Under the pieces are notes generated by a model that saw only the letters and a program-made list of their open reading frames with translations, did not search any database and was not told where the DNA came from. Source: Gaiellaceae bacterium (GTDB lineage: Bacteria > Actinomycetota > Thermoleophilia > Gaiellales > Gaiellaceae). From it: 46,510 nt of DNA. Below are positions 18,209 to 28,737 of the stretch, piece after piece (within the stretch, counting starts at the first letter, position 1; every line of letters begins with the position of its first letter). The position numbers and the translations under genes were made by a program. The stretch is taken from the NCBI GenBank assembly GCA_035645095.1, contig DASQNG010000017.1, positions 1 through 46,510 of the forward strand, read 5' to 3'.

Positions 18209-19294
18209 ATGAATCGCGAAGAAGCCCTCGACGTCGCCCTCGGGCAGATCGAGCGCCAGTTCGGCAAGGGGTCCGTGATGCGGATGAGCGATCAGGCGCA
18301 GGTCGCGGTCGGTGCGGTGTCGACAGGCGCGCTCTCGCTCGACCTCGCGCTCGGCATCGGCGGGCTGCCGCGCGGCCGCGTCGTCGAGGTCTACGGCCCC
18401 GAGAGCTCCGGTAAGACGACGCTCGTCTACCACGTGATCGCCGAGGCCCAGCGTCGGGGCGGCATCTGCGCGTTCGTCGACGCGGAGCACGCGATGGATC
18501 CGGCCTACGCGAAGCGGATCGGTGTGAACGTCGACGAGCTCCTCGTCTCGCAGCCGGACACCGGCGAGCAGGCGCTCGAGATCACGGAGCTCCTCGTCCG
18601 GTCGGGCGCGCTCGACGTCGTCGCCGTCGACTCGGTGGCGGCGCTGACGCCGAAGGCCGAGATCGAGGGGGAGATGGGGGACTCGCACGTCGGCCTCCAG
18701 GCACGCCTGATGAGCCAGGCGCTGCGGAAGCTCGCCGGTACGCTCAACCGCACCGACACGATCTGCCTGTTCACGAATCAGCTCCGGGAGAAGATCGGCG
18801 TCATGTTCGGCAGCCCTGAGACGACCCCGGGCGGCCGGGCGCTCAAGTTCTATGCGTCGGTGCGGCTCGACATCCGGCGGATCGAGACGCTGAAGGACGG
18901 TGCCGAGGCCTACGGGAACCGCGCGCGGGTGAAGGTCGTGAAGAACAAGGTCGCCCCGCCGTTCAAGCAGGCCGAGTTCGACATCATCTACGGCTCCGGG
19001 ATCTCGTGGGAAGGCACGGTGCTCGACGTCGGTCTCGAGCGGAAGATCGTGCAGAAGTCCGGCTCGTACTTCAGCTTGGGCGACGAGCGGCTCGGACAGG
19101 GCCGCCAGAACGCGACCGCCTTCCTGCGCGAGCACCCGGACCTCGTGCAGCAAATCCTCGCTCGGATCCAGGCGGACGCACCTCCCGAGCAGGTCGTGTC
19201 GGCGCGACTCCTCCCGACGGCGGCCGCAGCGGCCAAGGAGGCTCAGCCGGTGACCGAGAATGGTGAGGTGAAGCAGGCGGCCTCCGCCGCGTAG
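18209..19294 (+). CDS. recA: Recombinase RecA
   Basis: Contains [20 protein letters not shown], Walker [10 protein letters not shown], and L1/L2 regions. AGGAGGAG lies upstream of the ATG, which sits 1 nt after the thpR stop. Confidence 0.98.
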   Translation: MNREEALDVALGQIERQFGKGSVMRMSDQAQVAVGAVSTGALSLDLALGIGGLPRGRVVEVYGPESSGKTTLVYHVIAEAQRRGGICAFVDAEHAMDPAYAKRIGVNVDELLVSQPDTGEQALEITELLVRSGALDVVAVDSVAALTPKAEIEGEMGDSHVGLQARLMSQALRKLAGTLNRTDTICLFTNQLREKIGVMFGSPETTPGGRALKFYASVRLDIRRIETLKDGAEAYGNRARVKVVKNKVAPPFKQAEFDIIYGSGISWEGTVLDVGLERKIVQKSGSYFSLGDERLGQGRQNATAFLREHPDLVQQILARIQADAPPEQVVSARLLPTAAAAAKEAQPVTENGEVKQAASAA

Positions 19295-19333
19295 CGTGGC
19301 AATCGGCGCCGTCCGCCGGAACGTGAGCGACGC

Positions 19334-19924
19334 GTGAAGACCGTCACGCGCCTCCGCAGCGCCGGCCGCGAAGCGGTTGCCGTAGAGCTCGACGGACGTC
19401 CGTGGCGGACGGTGCCACTCGAGGCGGCCGTGCGCGCCGGTCTCGCCACGGGGGTCGAGCTCGATCGCGGCCGGGCCAAAGAGCTCGCCCGCGAGCTGCG
19501 CCGGCTGCGCGCCCTCCGCGTGGCCGGCATGGCCCTCTCTCGTCGCGACCGCTCGGTCTTCGAGCTGCGCGACCGGCTCCGTGCCGGGAAGATCCCGCCG
19601 CGCGAGCGGGAGCAGGCGCTCGCCACCCTTTTCTCAGCAGGCGTGGTGGACGATCGTCGCTTCGCGCTCGGGCGGGCGCAGGCGCTCGCCGCGCGTGGCT
19701 CGGGCGACGCCCTGATCAGGGCCGACCTCGAGGCGCGTGGCATTGCGTCCGAGAACCTCGCCGCCGCGCTCGAGGCACTCGAGCCGGAGACGGAGCGTGC
19801 AGCCGCGATCGTGTCCCGGCGGGGGCCGGGGTTGAAGACTGCGCGCTATCTCGGGGCGCGCGGCTTCGGCGACGACGCCGTCCGTGCAGCCGTTGCGTGG
19901 GAGGACCTGGAGCCGGTAGACTGA
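19334..19924 (+). CDS. recX: Recombination regulator RecX
   Basis: 196-aa helical-repeat protein immediately downstream of recA, with a RecX-like pattern (...ALSRRDRSVFELRDRL...). Confidence 0.85.
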   Translation: MKTVTRLRSAGREAVAVELDGRPWRTVPLEAAVRAGLATGVELDRGRAKELARELRRLRALRVAGMALSRRDRSVFELRDRLRAGKIPPREREQALATLFSAGVVDDRRFALGRAQALAARGSGDALIRADLEARGIASENLAAALEALEPETERAAAIVSRRGPGLKTARYLGARGFGDDAVRAAVAWEDLEPVD

Positions 19925-19944
19925 CCGGGCTTCCATTCGACGTT

Positions 19945-19973
19945 TTGCCTGCAAAGCGCGTGAAACCATGAAT
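19945..19973 (+). promoter_or_regulatory. Candidate promoter for rny, implying a ~195-nt 5' leader
   Basis: TTGCCT (19945-19950), a 17-nt spacer, then ATGAAT (19968-19973), in an unusually AT-richer 250-bp spacer. Confidence 0.35.
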
Positions 19974-20175
19974 CCCGCAGCTCTTCCGAACACGATGACC
20001 ACCGAAACCCTCCATTCCATCCCGTTCCCGGCGAGCGAGAGGGCGCCGAGGCACCGCTGACCTGACGCGCGAGGAGCCGGAGCCGGCCTGCTGGCCAGGC
20101 GCCGGATGTGAGCACCCGCGGCTGCACCACGGCTGCTGCGGTCAATCCACCGTTCTCCACCGGAGGCAGGTAGGC

Positions 20176-21675
20176 ATGCTCACGCTCATCGCGGCTCTGC
20201 TGGGACTCGCTGGGGGAGCTGCGGCCGCGGCCGCGCTGCTCCTGCTCCGCAGCCGCTCCAGGATCGGCGTCGCAGAGCGGGAGGCGGAGACGATTCGTCG
20301 CGAGGCACAGATCGAGGCGCGCGAGCGCGCAGTCCAGCTCCGGAGCGACGTGGAAGCAGAGCTCGCCGAGCGGCGGGCGACGGCTGCACAGGCCGAGGAG
20401 CGCCTCCGTGGGCGTGAGCTCGACGTCGAGCATCGGGGGGAGGAGGTCGCACGGCGCGAGCAGGGCGTCGCCGACCGCGAGACGCATGTGCGGCAGCTCC
20501 AGGAGGAGCTGAAGGCCGCACGCGACGACGTGCTCAAGGAGCTGCAGCGGGTGGCGGGGCTCACCCTCGCCGACGCGAAGCGGCATCTGCTCGAACGAGG
20601 CGAAGACCTGATCCGCCATGAGCTCGCGCGCACCGCCCGGCACCTCGAGGAGGAGGCGCGGGGCGAGGCGCGCCGGCGGGCGCGCAACCTCGTCGCCGAC
20701 GCGCTTCAGCGCGTGGCGGCGAGCCACACCGCCGAGACGACCGTCACGGTCGTGGAGCTGCCGTCCGACGACATGAAGGGCCGCATCATCGGCCGCGAGG
20801 GCCGCAACATCCGTGCGCTGGAGCACCTGACCGGGGTCGATTTCATCGTCGACGACACCCCGCAGGCGGTGGTGCTGTCGTCATTCGACGGGATCCGCCG
20901 CGAGCTCGCGCGGTTGACGATCGAGAAGCTGATCGAGGACGGTCGAATCCACCCGGCGCGAATCGAGGAGACGTACTACGCGTCAAAGGCCGAGCTCGAG
21001 GAGCACATCCGCGCCGCCGGGCGGCAGGCGGTGTTCGAGGCGAACTGCGGCGAGGTGCACGAGGAGCTGGCGGCTGTGCTCGGCCGACTGCGCTACCGCA
21101 CGAGCTACGGCCAGAACGTGCTCAAGCACACGCTCGAGGTCGTCCACCTGGCCGGGCTGATGGCGAGCGAGCTCGGCGCGAGTGTGCGCACAGCGAAGCG
21201 CGCCGCGCTCCTGCACGACATCGGGAAGGCGATGACGCACGAGGTCGAGGGGTCGCACGCGCTCATCTCGGCGCAGTGGGCGAAGCGCTACGGCGAGGCC
21301 CAGGGGGTCGTGCACGCGATCGAGGCGCACCACTACGAGGTGCAGCCGCAAACTGTCGAGGCGGTGTTGCTGATCGGAGCGGATGCGATCTCCGCCTCGC
21401 GCCCCGGGGCGCGCGGCGAGAGCCTCGACCACTACGTCCGCCGCCTGGAGGCGCTCGAGGAGCTCGCAACCAAGCGACCAGGCGTCGCGAAGGCCTACGC
21501 GCTGCAGGCCGGACGGGAGATCAGGGTGATGGTGGAGCCGGGCGAGGTCGACGACGACGAGGCGGTCCTCCTCTCGCACGAGATCGCGCGTGAGATCGAG
21601 GATCAGCTGGAGTACCCGGGTCAGGTCAAGGTCACGGTGATCCGGGAGTCGCGCGCCGTCGAGATCGCGCGTTGA
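20176..21675 (+). CDS. rny: Ribonuclease Y
   Basis: N-terminal TM helix, a long Glu/Arg coiled coil, a KH domain (GRIIGREGRNIRALEHLTGVDFIVDD) and an HD domain (LLHDIGKA...). Confidence 0.93.
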   Translation: MLTLIAALLGLAGGAAAAAALLLLRSRSRIGVAEREAETIRREAQIEARERAVQLRSDVEAELAERRATAAQAEERLRGRELDVEHRGEEVARREQGVADRETHVRQLQEELKAARDDVLKELQRVAGLTLADAKRHLLERGEDLIRHELARTARHLEEEARGEARRRARNLVADALQRVAASHTAETTVTVVELPSDDMKGRIIGREGRNIRALEHLTGVDFIVDDTPQAVVLSSFDGIRRELARLTIEKLIEDGRIHPARIEETYYASKAELEEHIRAAGRQAVFEANCGEVHEELAAVLGRLRYRTSYGQNVLKHTLEVVHLAGLMASELGASVRTAKRAALLHDIGKAMTHEVEGSHALISAQWAKRYGEAQGVVHAIEAHHYEVQPQTVEAVLLIGADAISASRPGARGESLDHYVRRLEALEELATKRPGVAKAYALQAGREIRVMVEPGEVDDDEAVLLSHEIAREIEDQLEYPGQVKVTVIRESRAVEIAR

Positions 21676-21697
21676 CGCCCGATACGATCTGCCTCTC

Positions 21698-23026
21698 GTG
21701 AAGCGCTACCACGTCACCACGTTCGGCTGTCAGATGAACGCTCACGACTCGGAGCGGATCAAAGGGACGCTCGAGTCGCTCGGATTCGGTGAGGCGGCGT
21801 CGCAGGAGGAGGCCGACGTCCTCGTCTTCAACACCTGCACGATCCGCGAGAAGCCCGACACGAGGTTCGCGGCCCACCTCGGCCAGGCTGCCGCCCTGAA
21901 GCGCCGCGACCCCGAGAAGGTGATCGCCGTCGGCGGCTGCTATGCGGAGGCGCAGCGCGAGCGGCTCTTCTCGCTCTACCCGGACGTCGACGTCGCCTTC
22001 GGCCCCGGCACGATCCCACACCTGGCCGACTGGATCGGCGCGAACGGTGAAGACGTCCGCCGCGGCGCATTCGGCACCGGCGCGGAACGGAGCTTCTCGG
22101 CCACCCTGCCGCTCCAACGCGAGCGACCGTTCCAGGCGTGGGTGCAGGTGTCCATGGGGTGCAACTCGAAGTGCTCCTACTGCATCGTGCCGGCTGTTCG
22201 TGGTCGGGAGGTCAGCCGGCGGCCGGGGGAGATCGTCGCGGAGGTGACGCGGCTCGCCGCCGACGGCGTCAGGGAGATCACGTTGCTCGGCCAGAACGTC
22301 AATTCGTGGGGCCGCGACCTCGTGCCGGAGCTCGTGACGGAGTTCGGCGAGCTGCTGCGCGCCTGCGACGCGGTCGACGGGATCGAGCGCATCCGCTTCA
22401 CGAGCCCCCACCCGAAGGACTTCCGCGACCCCGTGATCACGGCCATCGCCGAGGCGAAGGCGGTGTGCGAGCACGTCCACCTGCCCCTGCAGTCCGGCTC
22501 CTCGCGGATCCTGAAGGCGATGCGACGCACCTACGACCGCGACCGCTACCTGCGTCTCGTCGAGAAGCTCCGGGCCGCTATCCCGGACGTCGCCCTCGGC
22601 ACCGACATCATCGTCGGCTTCCCCGGCGAGACGGAGACCGACTTCCGCGAGACGCTCGAGGCGGTCGAGCAGGTCGGCTACGACAGCGCCTTCACCTTCG
22701 TCTACTCGCCGCGGCGCGGCACGGAGGCCGCCGAACTGCCGCACCAGGTGCCGGACGAGATGAAGCGCGACCGCATCGAGCGGCTCGTCGAGGTCGTCCA
22801 GCGCGTTGCCACCGAGCGGAATGCGGAGCGTGTGGGCAGGGTGGAGGAAGTACTCGTCGAGGGCCGCAGCCGAACCGACGAGCGGCTCCTGCGGGGCCGG
22901 ACGCGCCGCAATACGACCGTCATCTTCGAAGGCGAAGCACAGCCCGGCGCGCTCGTCGACGTGATCGTCGGCAGCGCGACCTCGACGACGCTGCGAGGCA
23001 CGCAGCTGGCGGCGGTGGCCGCATGA
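21698..23026 (+). CDS. miaB: tRNA-2-methylthio-N6-dimethylallyladenosine synthase
   Basis: UPF0004 N-terminus (TFGCQMNAHDSE), radical-SAM CNSKCSYC, and a C-terminal TRAM domain. 442 aa. Confidence 0.95.
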   Translation: MKRYHVTTFGCQMNAHDSERIKGTLESLGFGEAASQEEADVLVFNTCTIREKPDTRFAAHLGQAAALKRRDPEKVIAVGGCYAEAQRERLFSLYPDVDVAFGPGTIPHLADWIGANGEDVRRGAFGTGAERSFSATLPLQRERPFQAWVQVSMGCNSKCSYCIVPAVRGREVSRRPGEIVAEVTRLAADGVREITLLGQNVNSWGRDLVPELVTEFGELLRACDAVDGIERIRFTSPHPKDFRDPVITAIAEAKAVCEHVHLPLQSGSSRILKAMRRTYDRDRYLRLVEKLRAAIPDVALGTDIIVGFPGETETDFRETLEAVEQVGYDSAFTFVYSPRRGTEAAELPHQVPDEMKRDRIERLVEVVQRVATERNAERVGRVEEVLVEGRSRTDERLLRGRTRRNTTVIFEGEAQPGALVDVIVGSATSTTLRGTQLAAVAA

Positions 23027-24045
23027 GGGTGCTCGTCACCGGCTCGTCGGGTCAGATCGGCTCGAACCTGGCGCTCCGTCTGCTCGCGGAAGGCCACGAC
23101 GTCTTCGGCATCGACCAGCGGCAGAACCCGTGGACGGACGAGTTCCGCTATCTGCTACAGGACCTGTCCGGGCAGTACCCTTCATTCCCCGACGGGATCG
23201 GCGGCGTCCCCTATCCCGAGGCGGACGTCGTCGTCCACCTCGCCGCGCACGCCAAGGTGCACCAGCTCGTCGCGCAGCCGCATCGCGCGCTCGAGAACCT
23301 GATGATGACGTTCAACGTGCTCGAGTACTGCCGGCAGGCGCGCCTGCCGCTCGTCTTCTCATCCACGCGAGAGGTGTACGGCGACGTCCACCGGTTCGAG
23401 GGGTACGGCGAGGCGAGCGCGGACTTTGCCTTCACCGAGAGCCCGTACTCGGCGTCGAAGATCTCGAGCGAGGCGTTCATCTACTCGTACGCGCGTTGCT
23501 ACGGACTCAAGTACCTCGCGTTTCGCTTCTCGAACGTGTACGGGCGCTACGACAACGACCTGCACCGGATGTCGCGCGTGCTGCCGCTCTTCATCCACCA
23601 AATGCTGCGGGAGGAGCCGATCACGGTCTACGGCGGCGCCGACAAGGTGCTCGACTTCACCTACGTTGACGACTGCGTCGACGGCATCGTGCGTGGGATC
23701 GACGCGCTCACGTCGGGCGGCGTCGTGAACGAGACGGTCAACCTCGCATACGGGGAGGGCAACACGCTCGTGCGCGCCGCGGAGCTGATCGCTACCGAGT
23801 TGGACGTCGAGCCGAAGATCACGACGGCACCGTCGTTGCTGGGCGAGGTGACGCACTACGTCGCCGACATCCGCAAGGCGCACGACCTGCTCGGCTGGAC
23901 GCCGCAGGTCGCTCTCGAAACCGGGATCCCGCGGGCGGTCGCGTGGTTCCGCGAACATCGCGCGGCGCATCCGGAGGAGGATCGCCCGGTCGTCAACGAG
24001 GGGGACGCCGTTGGCTGGAAGACCCTCGTCGCCGATCCCACCTAG
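23023..24045 (+). CDS. NAD-dependent epimerase/dehydratase (extended SDR)
   Basis: Rossmann motif VTGSSGQIGS and catalytic YSASK, with UDP-sugar 4-epimerase-like length (340 aa). The ATG overlaps the miaB stop (ATGA). Confidence 0.88.
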   Translation: MRVLVTGSSGQIGSNLALRLLAEGHDVFGIDQRQNPWTDEFRYLLQDLSGQYPSFPDGIGGVPYPEADVVVHLAAHAKVHQLVAQPHRALENLMMTFNVLEYCRQARLPLVFSSTREVYGDVHRFEGYGEASADFAFTESPYSASKISSEAFIYSYARCYGLKYLAFRFSNVYGRYDNDLHRMSRVLPLFIHQMLREEPITVYGGADKVLDFTYVDDCVDGIVRGIDALTSGGVVNETVNLAYGEGNTLVRAAELIATELDVEPKITTAPSLLGEVTHYVADIRKAHDLLGWTPQVALETGIPRAVAWFREHRAAHPEEDRPVVNEGDAVGWKTLVADPT

Positions 24046-24910
24046 CGTCCTCGCTCTCTTCGGCCCGACCGCGTCCGGCAAGACGGGCGTCGCGGCCGCC
24101 GTGACCCGGCGACTCCCTGCCGAGCTCGTCTCTGCCGACGCGATGCAGGTCTACGAAGGGCTGCCGATCCTGACGAACCAGGGACCGGGGCGCCTCGTGG
24201 CGATCTGGCCACTCGACCACGAGGCGTCCGTCGGCGAGTACCAGCGGCTGGCGCACGCCGCAATCGACGAGATCCTCGCTGCCGGGCGGCTGTCGATCGT
24301 CGTGGGCGGCACCGGCCTCTACCTGCGCGCGGCGCTCGCCGAGCTCGCCCTGCCGCCCGCGCCGCAGCCGGGCACCCGCGCACGCTGGGAGAGGTTCTAC
24401 GACAAGCACGGAGCGGCTGATGCCCATGCGGAGCTCGCGCGCCGCGACGAGCGCGCCGCCGCGGCCGTTCATGCGAACGACCGCCGGCGGGTCGTGCGGG
24501 CGCTCGAGCTGACGGACGCCGGCAGCTCGCTACGTCCGCTGGTGGACCGGCTGTGGCAGGAGTCGACGCGGCATCCGTCGCTCGTCGTCGGTCTCGACGT
24601 GCCGCCGGCGGTGCTGGAGCGACGCATCCGCGCGCGCACGGAGGCCATGTTCGAGCGCGGCGTCGAGGACGAGGTTCGCCGCGTCCTCGAGCGGCCGCTC
24701 TCGACGACGGCGGCCAAGGTGATCGGGCTGCACGAGGTGGCCGAGCTGCCGCGCGAGGAGGCGGTCGACCGGATCGTGGTCCGCACCCGCCGCTACGCCG
24801 CCTACCAGCGGAAGTGGATGCGCCGCATCCCCGGCATCGTCATGCTGGACGGCGATCGCCCAGCGGACGAGGTGGCGGATGCGATTCTCGAAGTGGCACG
24901 CGCTCGGTAA
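24011..24910 (+). CDS. miaA: tRNA dimethylallyltransferase
   Basis: P-loop FGPTASGKTG followed by DAMQVYEGLPILTNQ. The TTG start at 24011 overlaps the SDR gene by 35 nt. Confidence 0.9.
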   Translation: MAGRPSSPIPPSVLALFGPTASGKTGVAAAVTRRLPAELVSADAMQVYEGLPILTNQGPGRLVAIWPLDHEASVGEYQRLAHAAIDEILAAGRLSIVVGGTGLYLRAALAELALPPAPQPGTRARWERFYDKHGAADAHAELARRDERAAAAVHANDRRRVVRALELTDAGSSLRPLVDRLWQESTRHPSLVVGLDVPPAVLERRIRARTEAMFERGVEDEVRRVLERPLSTTAAKVIGLHEVAELPREEAVDRIVVRTRRYAAYQRKWMRRIPGIVMLDGDRPADEVADAILEVARAR

Positions 24911-25670
24911 CAGCTACCTCCTCGTCGAACGAGAGGAGCTCGGCCGCCCGCTCGACACCGAAGCTGCACGGCTGCTCTGCGACGCCGGCCGCGGCATCGG
25001 CGCCGACGGGGTCCTCGAGGTGCTCGCGTCCCACGGAGCCGAGGCCGACGTCGCTATCTGGAACCCCGACGGCTCGCAGGCCGAGTTCTCCGGCAACGGC
25101 ACGCGACTCGCTGCGATGTGGCTCGCGCGGCGGAGCGACAGCAACGAGGTGGTCGTGCGCGTCGGCACGCGCTCCTACCGCGCGATCAGGCAGGACGAGT
25201 TGCTCGTCGAGGTGGAGGTGGGGCCGGTGGACGTGGCGCCCGTGGAGGAGCTCGACGTCGCCGGCGAGCGCGTCGAGCTCGCGCCGGTCTCGGTCGGGAA
25301 CCCTCACGCCGTCGTGCGCATGGCGGCGACGAGAGACGATCTGCTCCGGCTCGGCCCGCGGCTCGAGCGGCACGAGCGGTTTCCAGGCCAGACGAACGTG
25401 CAGCTCGCGGAGCCGCTCGGCCCGCACGCCGTTCGCGCGCTCGTCTGGGAGCGTGGGGCGGGGGAGACGAGCTCGTCGGGGTCGAGCGCCGTCGCGGTCG
25501 CGGCGGCGGCGGTCACCGGCGGCTGGGGCGAGAGCCCGCTGACCGTGCAGATGCCCGGAGGCGAGCTGCTCGTCCGGGTGGAAGACGGGGAGGCAACGCT
25601 CACGGGCCCCGCCGAGGCGGTCTGCGAGGGCGAGCTACTCCTGACGGCGCTCGTCGGGAAGAGCTCGTAG
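24879..25670 (+). CDS. dapF: Diaminopimelate epimerase
   Basis: Contains FSKWHALGNSY, SGNGTR and VGNPHAV motifs. 263 aa. It overlaps the miaA 3' end by 32 nt. Confidence 0.9.
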   Translation: MRFSKWHALGNSYLLVEREELGRPLDTEAARLLCDAGRGIGADGVLEVLASHGAEADVAIWNPDGSQAEFSGNGTRLAAMWLARRSDSNEVVVRVGTRSYRAIRQDELLVEVEVGPVDVAPVEELDVAGERVELAPVSVGNPHAVVRMAATRDDLLRLGPRLERHERFPGQTNVQLAEPLGPHAVRALVWERGAGETSSSGSSAVAVAAAAVTGGWGESPLTVQMPGGELLVRVEDGEATLTGPAEAVCEGELLLTALVGKSS

Positions 25671-25736
25671 CACCCAGGGCCACGAGGGCTGTCGGCACGT
25701 TCCAGCCTCGGCGCCGATCTGCGCCGCCGCCGGCGC

Positions 25737-26485
<749 letters not shown>

Positions 26486-26489
<4 letters not shown>

Positions 26490-27634
26490 AGCACCTCCTC
26501 CAGGATGGCGACGGCGCGCGCGCAGGCGTCCTCGTCCGGGACGAGCGCGAGCCGGAAGTAGCCCTCGCCGGCCGCTCCCAGGTACGCACCGGGCGCGACC
26601 ACCACGCCTTGCTCGAGCAGCCGCTCCGCGAACGCCTCCGAGCCGCCGCCGCCCGGCACCTCGACCCAGAGGTACATCGTGGCGGCGCTGCCGGCGACGC
26701 GCAGCCCCTTCCGCTCGAAGAGGTCGAGGAAGAGACGCCGCTTCCGCGCGTACCGCGCGCGTGCCTCCTCCACGTGCCGCTCGTCGCCCCACGCGACGAC
26801 CGACGCCCGCTGCACGAACTCCTGCGGCGCCGTCCCGACGGTCGGTCGGAACGCCTTCAGCGCCCCCACGAGGTCCGGGTCCCCTGCGACGAAGCCGCTG
26901 CGGTACCCGGTCATCGACGAGCGCTTCGAGAGCGTGTTGAAGACGACGACGTTGGTGAGGTCTCCGAGCTGGAGCGCCGACGCCGGCGGCTCCTCGAACC
27001 AGAGCTCCGTGTACGCCTCGTCGGAGGCCACGACGAAGCCGTGCGTCCGGGCGAGGTCGGCGGCCCGCTCGTAGAAGCCGGACGGGGCGACGGCCGCGGT
27101 CGGGTTGTTGGGGTAGTTGAGCCAGAGCACCGCCACCCGCGCCCAGGTCTCGCCGTCGACCGCCTCGAGGTCCGGCAGGAAGCCCTGCTCCTCGCGGAGC
27201 GGGAGCGGGAGCGGGCGCGCGTGGGCGAAGCGCGCCCCCCGCTCGTAGACGGGGTAGCCGGGCTCGGTGTACGCGACGGTGTCGCGGCCCTGCTCGAGGT
27301 CGACGACGACGTGCGCGAAGCCGAAGATGGCCTCCTTGCTGCCGAGCGTCGGCACGATCTGCGTCTCCGGGTCGAGCTCGGCGCCGAAGCGACGGAGCGC
27401 CCAGCCGGCGATCGCCTCCCGCAGCTCGGGAAGCCCCGCCGCGAGCGGGTAGCCCATCCGGTCGCGCAGCCCGTCGACGAGCGCCTGCCGGATCAGCGGG
27501 TCGGTCGGCTCGCGCGGGTCGCCCGTGCCGAAGTCGATCACCTCGACGCCCTGCTCACGGACGCGCGCAGCAGCCTCGCCGAGGCGCACGAACGGATAGG
27601 CGGGCTGGCGAGTCAGGACGGGGGAGAGGGGCAT
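26486..27634 (-). CDS. dapC: Class I/II PLP aminotransferase, probable N-succinyldiaminopimelate aminotransferase
   Basis: 382-aa fold-type I aminotransferase (…IDFGTGDPREPT…, NYPNNPT, SKRSSMTGYR containing the PLP Lys). It sits between dapE and dapD in one operon. Confidence 0.8.
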
Positions 27635-27643
27635 GCGCGGACG

Positions 27644-28717
27644 CTACCTGCCGAGGACGAAGTCCCAGAGGGCGCCGTAGGCATGCTCGAGCGCCGCGAT
27701 CTCGACCCGTTCGTCGCGGCGGTGCGCGTAGCGGGTGGCGCCGGGGCCGAAGTTGACGGCGTCGATCCCGCGCGCGGTGAAGTCGGCGACGTTCGTCCAC
27801 GCCTGCTTCGGCTCGAGCGGGAGGTCGTGTGTGGCGCGGAGCCGCTGCACGAGCGGCGAGTCGACGGCGACGCGGCCGGCGGGGGAGTCGCCGGCGGGCT
27901 CGTACGTCGCGCCGTACGGCAGCAGGCTGCGCAGATGCGCCTCCGCACTCGCGGAGCTCCGGTCGGGCGCGTACCGGAAGTTGACGTGGGCCGTTGCCCG
28001 GTCGGGGATCACGTTGTCGGCGATGCCGCCGTGGAACTGGGTCACCGAGACCACCTCCGTGAACGTCAGCCCGCCCACCTCGACCGGCCGCGGCGGCACC
28101 GATGCGAACGGGCGGAGCCCGTCGAGCGCCTTCATGATCGCGTTCTCCGCCGTCCACGGGCGCGCCGAGTGGCCGCTGACCCCGTGGAAGACGACGCGCG
28201 CGTTCAGGTTGCCGAGGCACCCCGCCTGGATCGTCCCGTCGGTCGGCTCGAGCAGGATCGCGAGCGCTGCGTCGTGCACGAGACGCGAGTGGTCGAAGAG
28301 GCGCGGCAGCGGGCTGAACTCGGCCGGAAGCTCCTCCTTGCCGAAGAGGAGGAGCGCCAGGTCGACCTCCGGCTCGATGCCCTGCGCGTCGAGGTCGCGC
28401 ACGAGCTCGAGGAGGACGGCGAGCCCGCCCTTCATGTCGCTGGCGCCGAGCCCCACGACCGCGCCGTCCACCATCCGGCCCGGAAGGTTCTCCTGCGCGG
28501 GGACGGTGTCCCAGTGTCCCGCCAGCACGACGAGGTCGCGACCCTCGCGCCGCGGCCGCGCGAAGACGAACGCGTCGTCGGCCGCGTACTCGGCCGTGTA
28601 GGCGGCCGGGACGAGCGACGTCACATGTGCGGCGATCTCGGCCTCGCTCCGGCTCTCGGACGGGATGTCGACGAGCTCGAGCGTCCGCGCTGCGAGCCGC
28701 TCGGCGAGCGTCTGCAT
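27644..28717 (-). CDS. dapE: Succinyl-diaminopimelate desuccinylase (M20 peptidase)
   Basis: M20 motifs (GHWDTVP, GASDMKGG, HGVSGHSARP). This is the C-terminal 357 codons of ORF 27644..29911, starting at ATG 28717. Confidence 0.85.
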   Translation of the reverse strand: MQTLAERLAARTLELVDIPSESRSEAEIAAHVTSLVPAAYTAEYAADDAFVFARPRREGRDLVVLAGHWDTVPAQENLPGRMVDGAVVGLGASDMKGGLAVLLELVRDLDAQGIEPEVDLALLLFGKEELPAEFSPLPRLFDHSRLVHDAALAILLEPTDGTIQAGCLGNLNARVVFHGVSGHSARPWTAENAIMKALDGLRPFASVPPRPVEVGGLTFTEVVSVTQFHGGIADNVIPDRATAHVNFRYAPDRSSASAEAHLRSLLPYGATYEPAGDSPAGRVAVDSPLVQRLRATHDLPLEPKQAWTNVADFTARGIDAVNFGPGATRYAHRRDERVEIAALEHAYGALWDFVLGR

Positions 28718-28724
28718 GGGTGGA

Positions 28725-28737
28725 AGCGTGGCACAAT
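28725..28737. promoter_or_regulatory. Back-to-back -10-like hexamers for divergent dapE and hflX
   Basis: CACGCT on the minus strand (28730-28725) lies 7 nt from the dapE ATG. CACAAT on the plus strand (28732-28737) lies 7 nt from the hflX GTG. The whole spacer is only 27 bp. Confidence 0.3.

Noticed and set aside
19968-20060. 30-codon ORF (MNPAALPNTMTTETLHSIPFPASERAPRHR) in the recX-rny spacer as a leader peptide or micro-protein.
   Set aside because: Its third positions are frequently A/T (aat, gca, gct, ctt, gaa, cat), unlike real genes here. It has no SD. Its ATG coincides with the -10 hexamer of the best promoter candidate, so it would not be transcribed from that promoter.
21672-21688. 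TTGACG ... TACGAT upstream of miaB as a -35/-10 promoter pair.
   Set aside because: The spacer is only 5 nt, so the two hexamers cannot form one promoter. TACGAT alone lies 9 nt from the GTG and may still be a -10, but I did not list it as a feature.
25671-25736. A bidirectional terminator between convergent dapF and dapD.
   Set aside because: Only short GGCGC/GCGCC stems (5 bp) are present, which is too weak to call.
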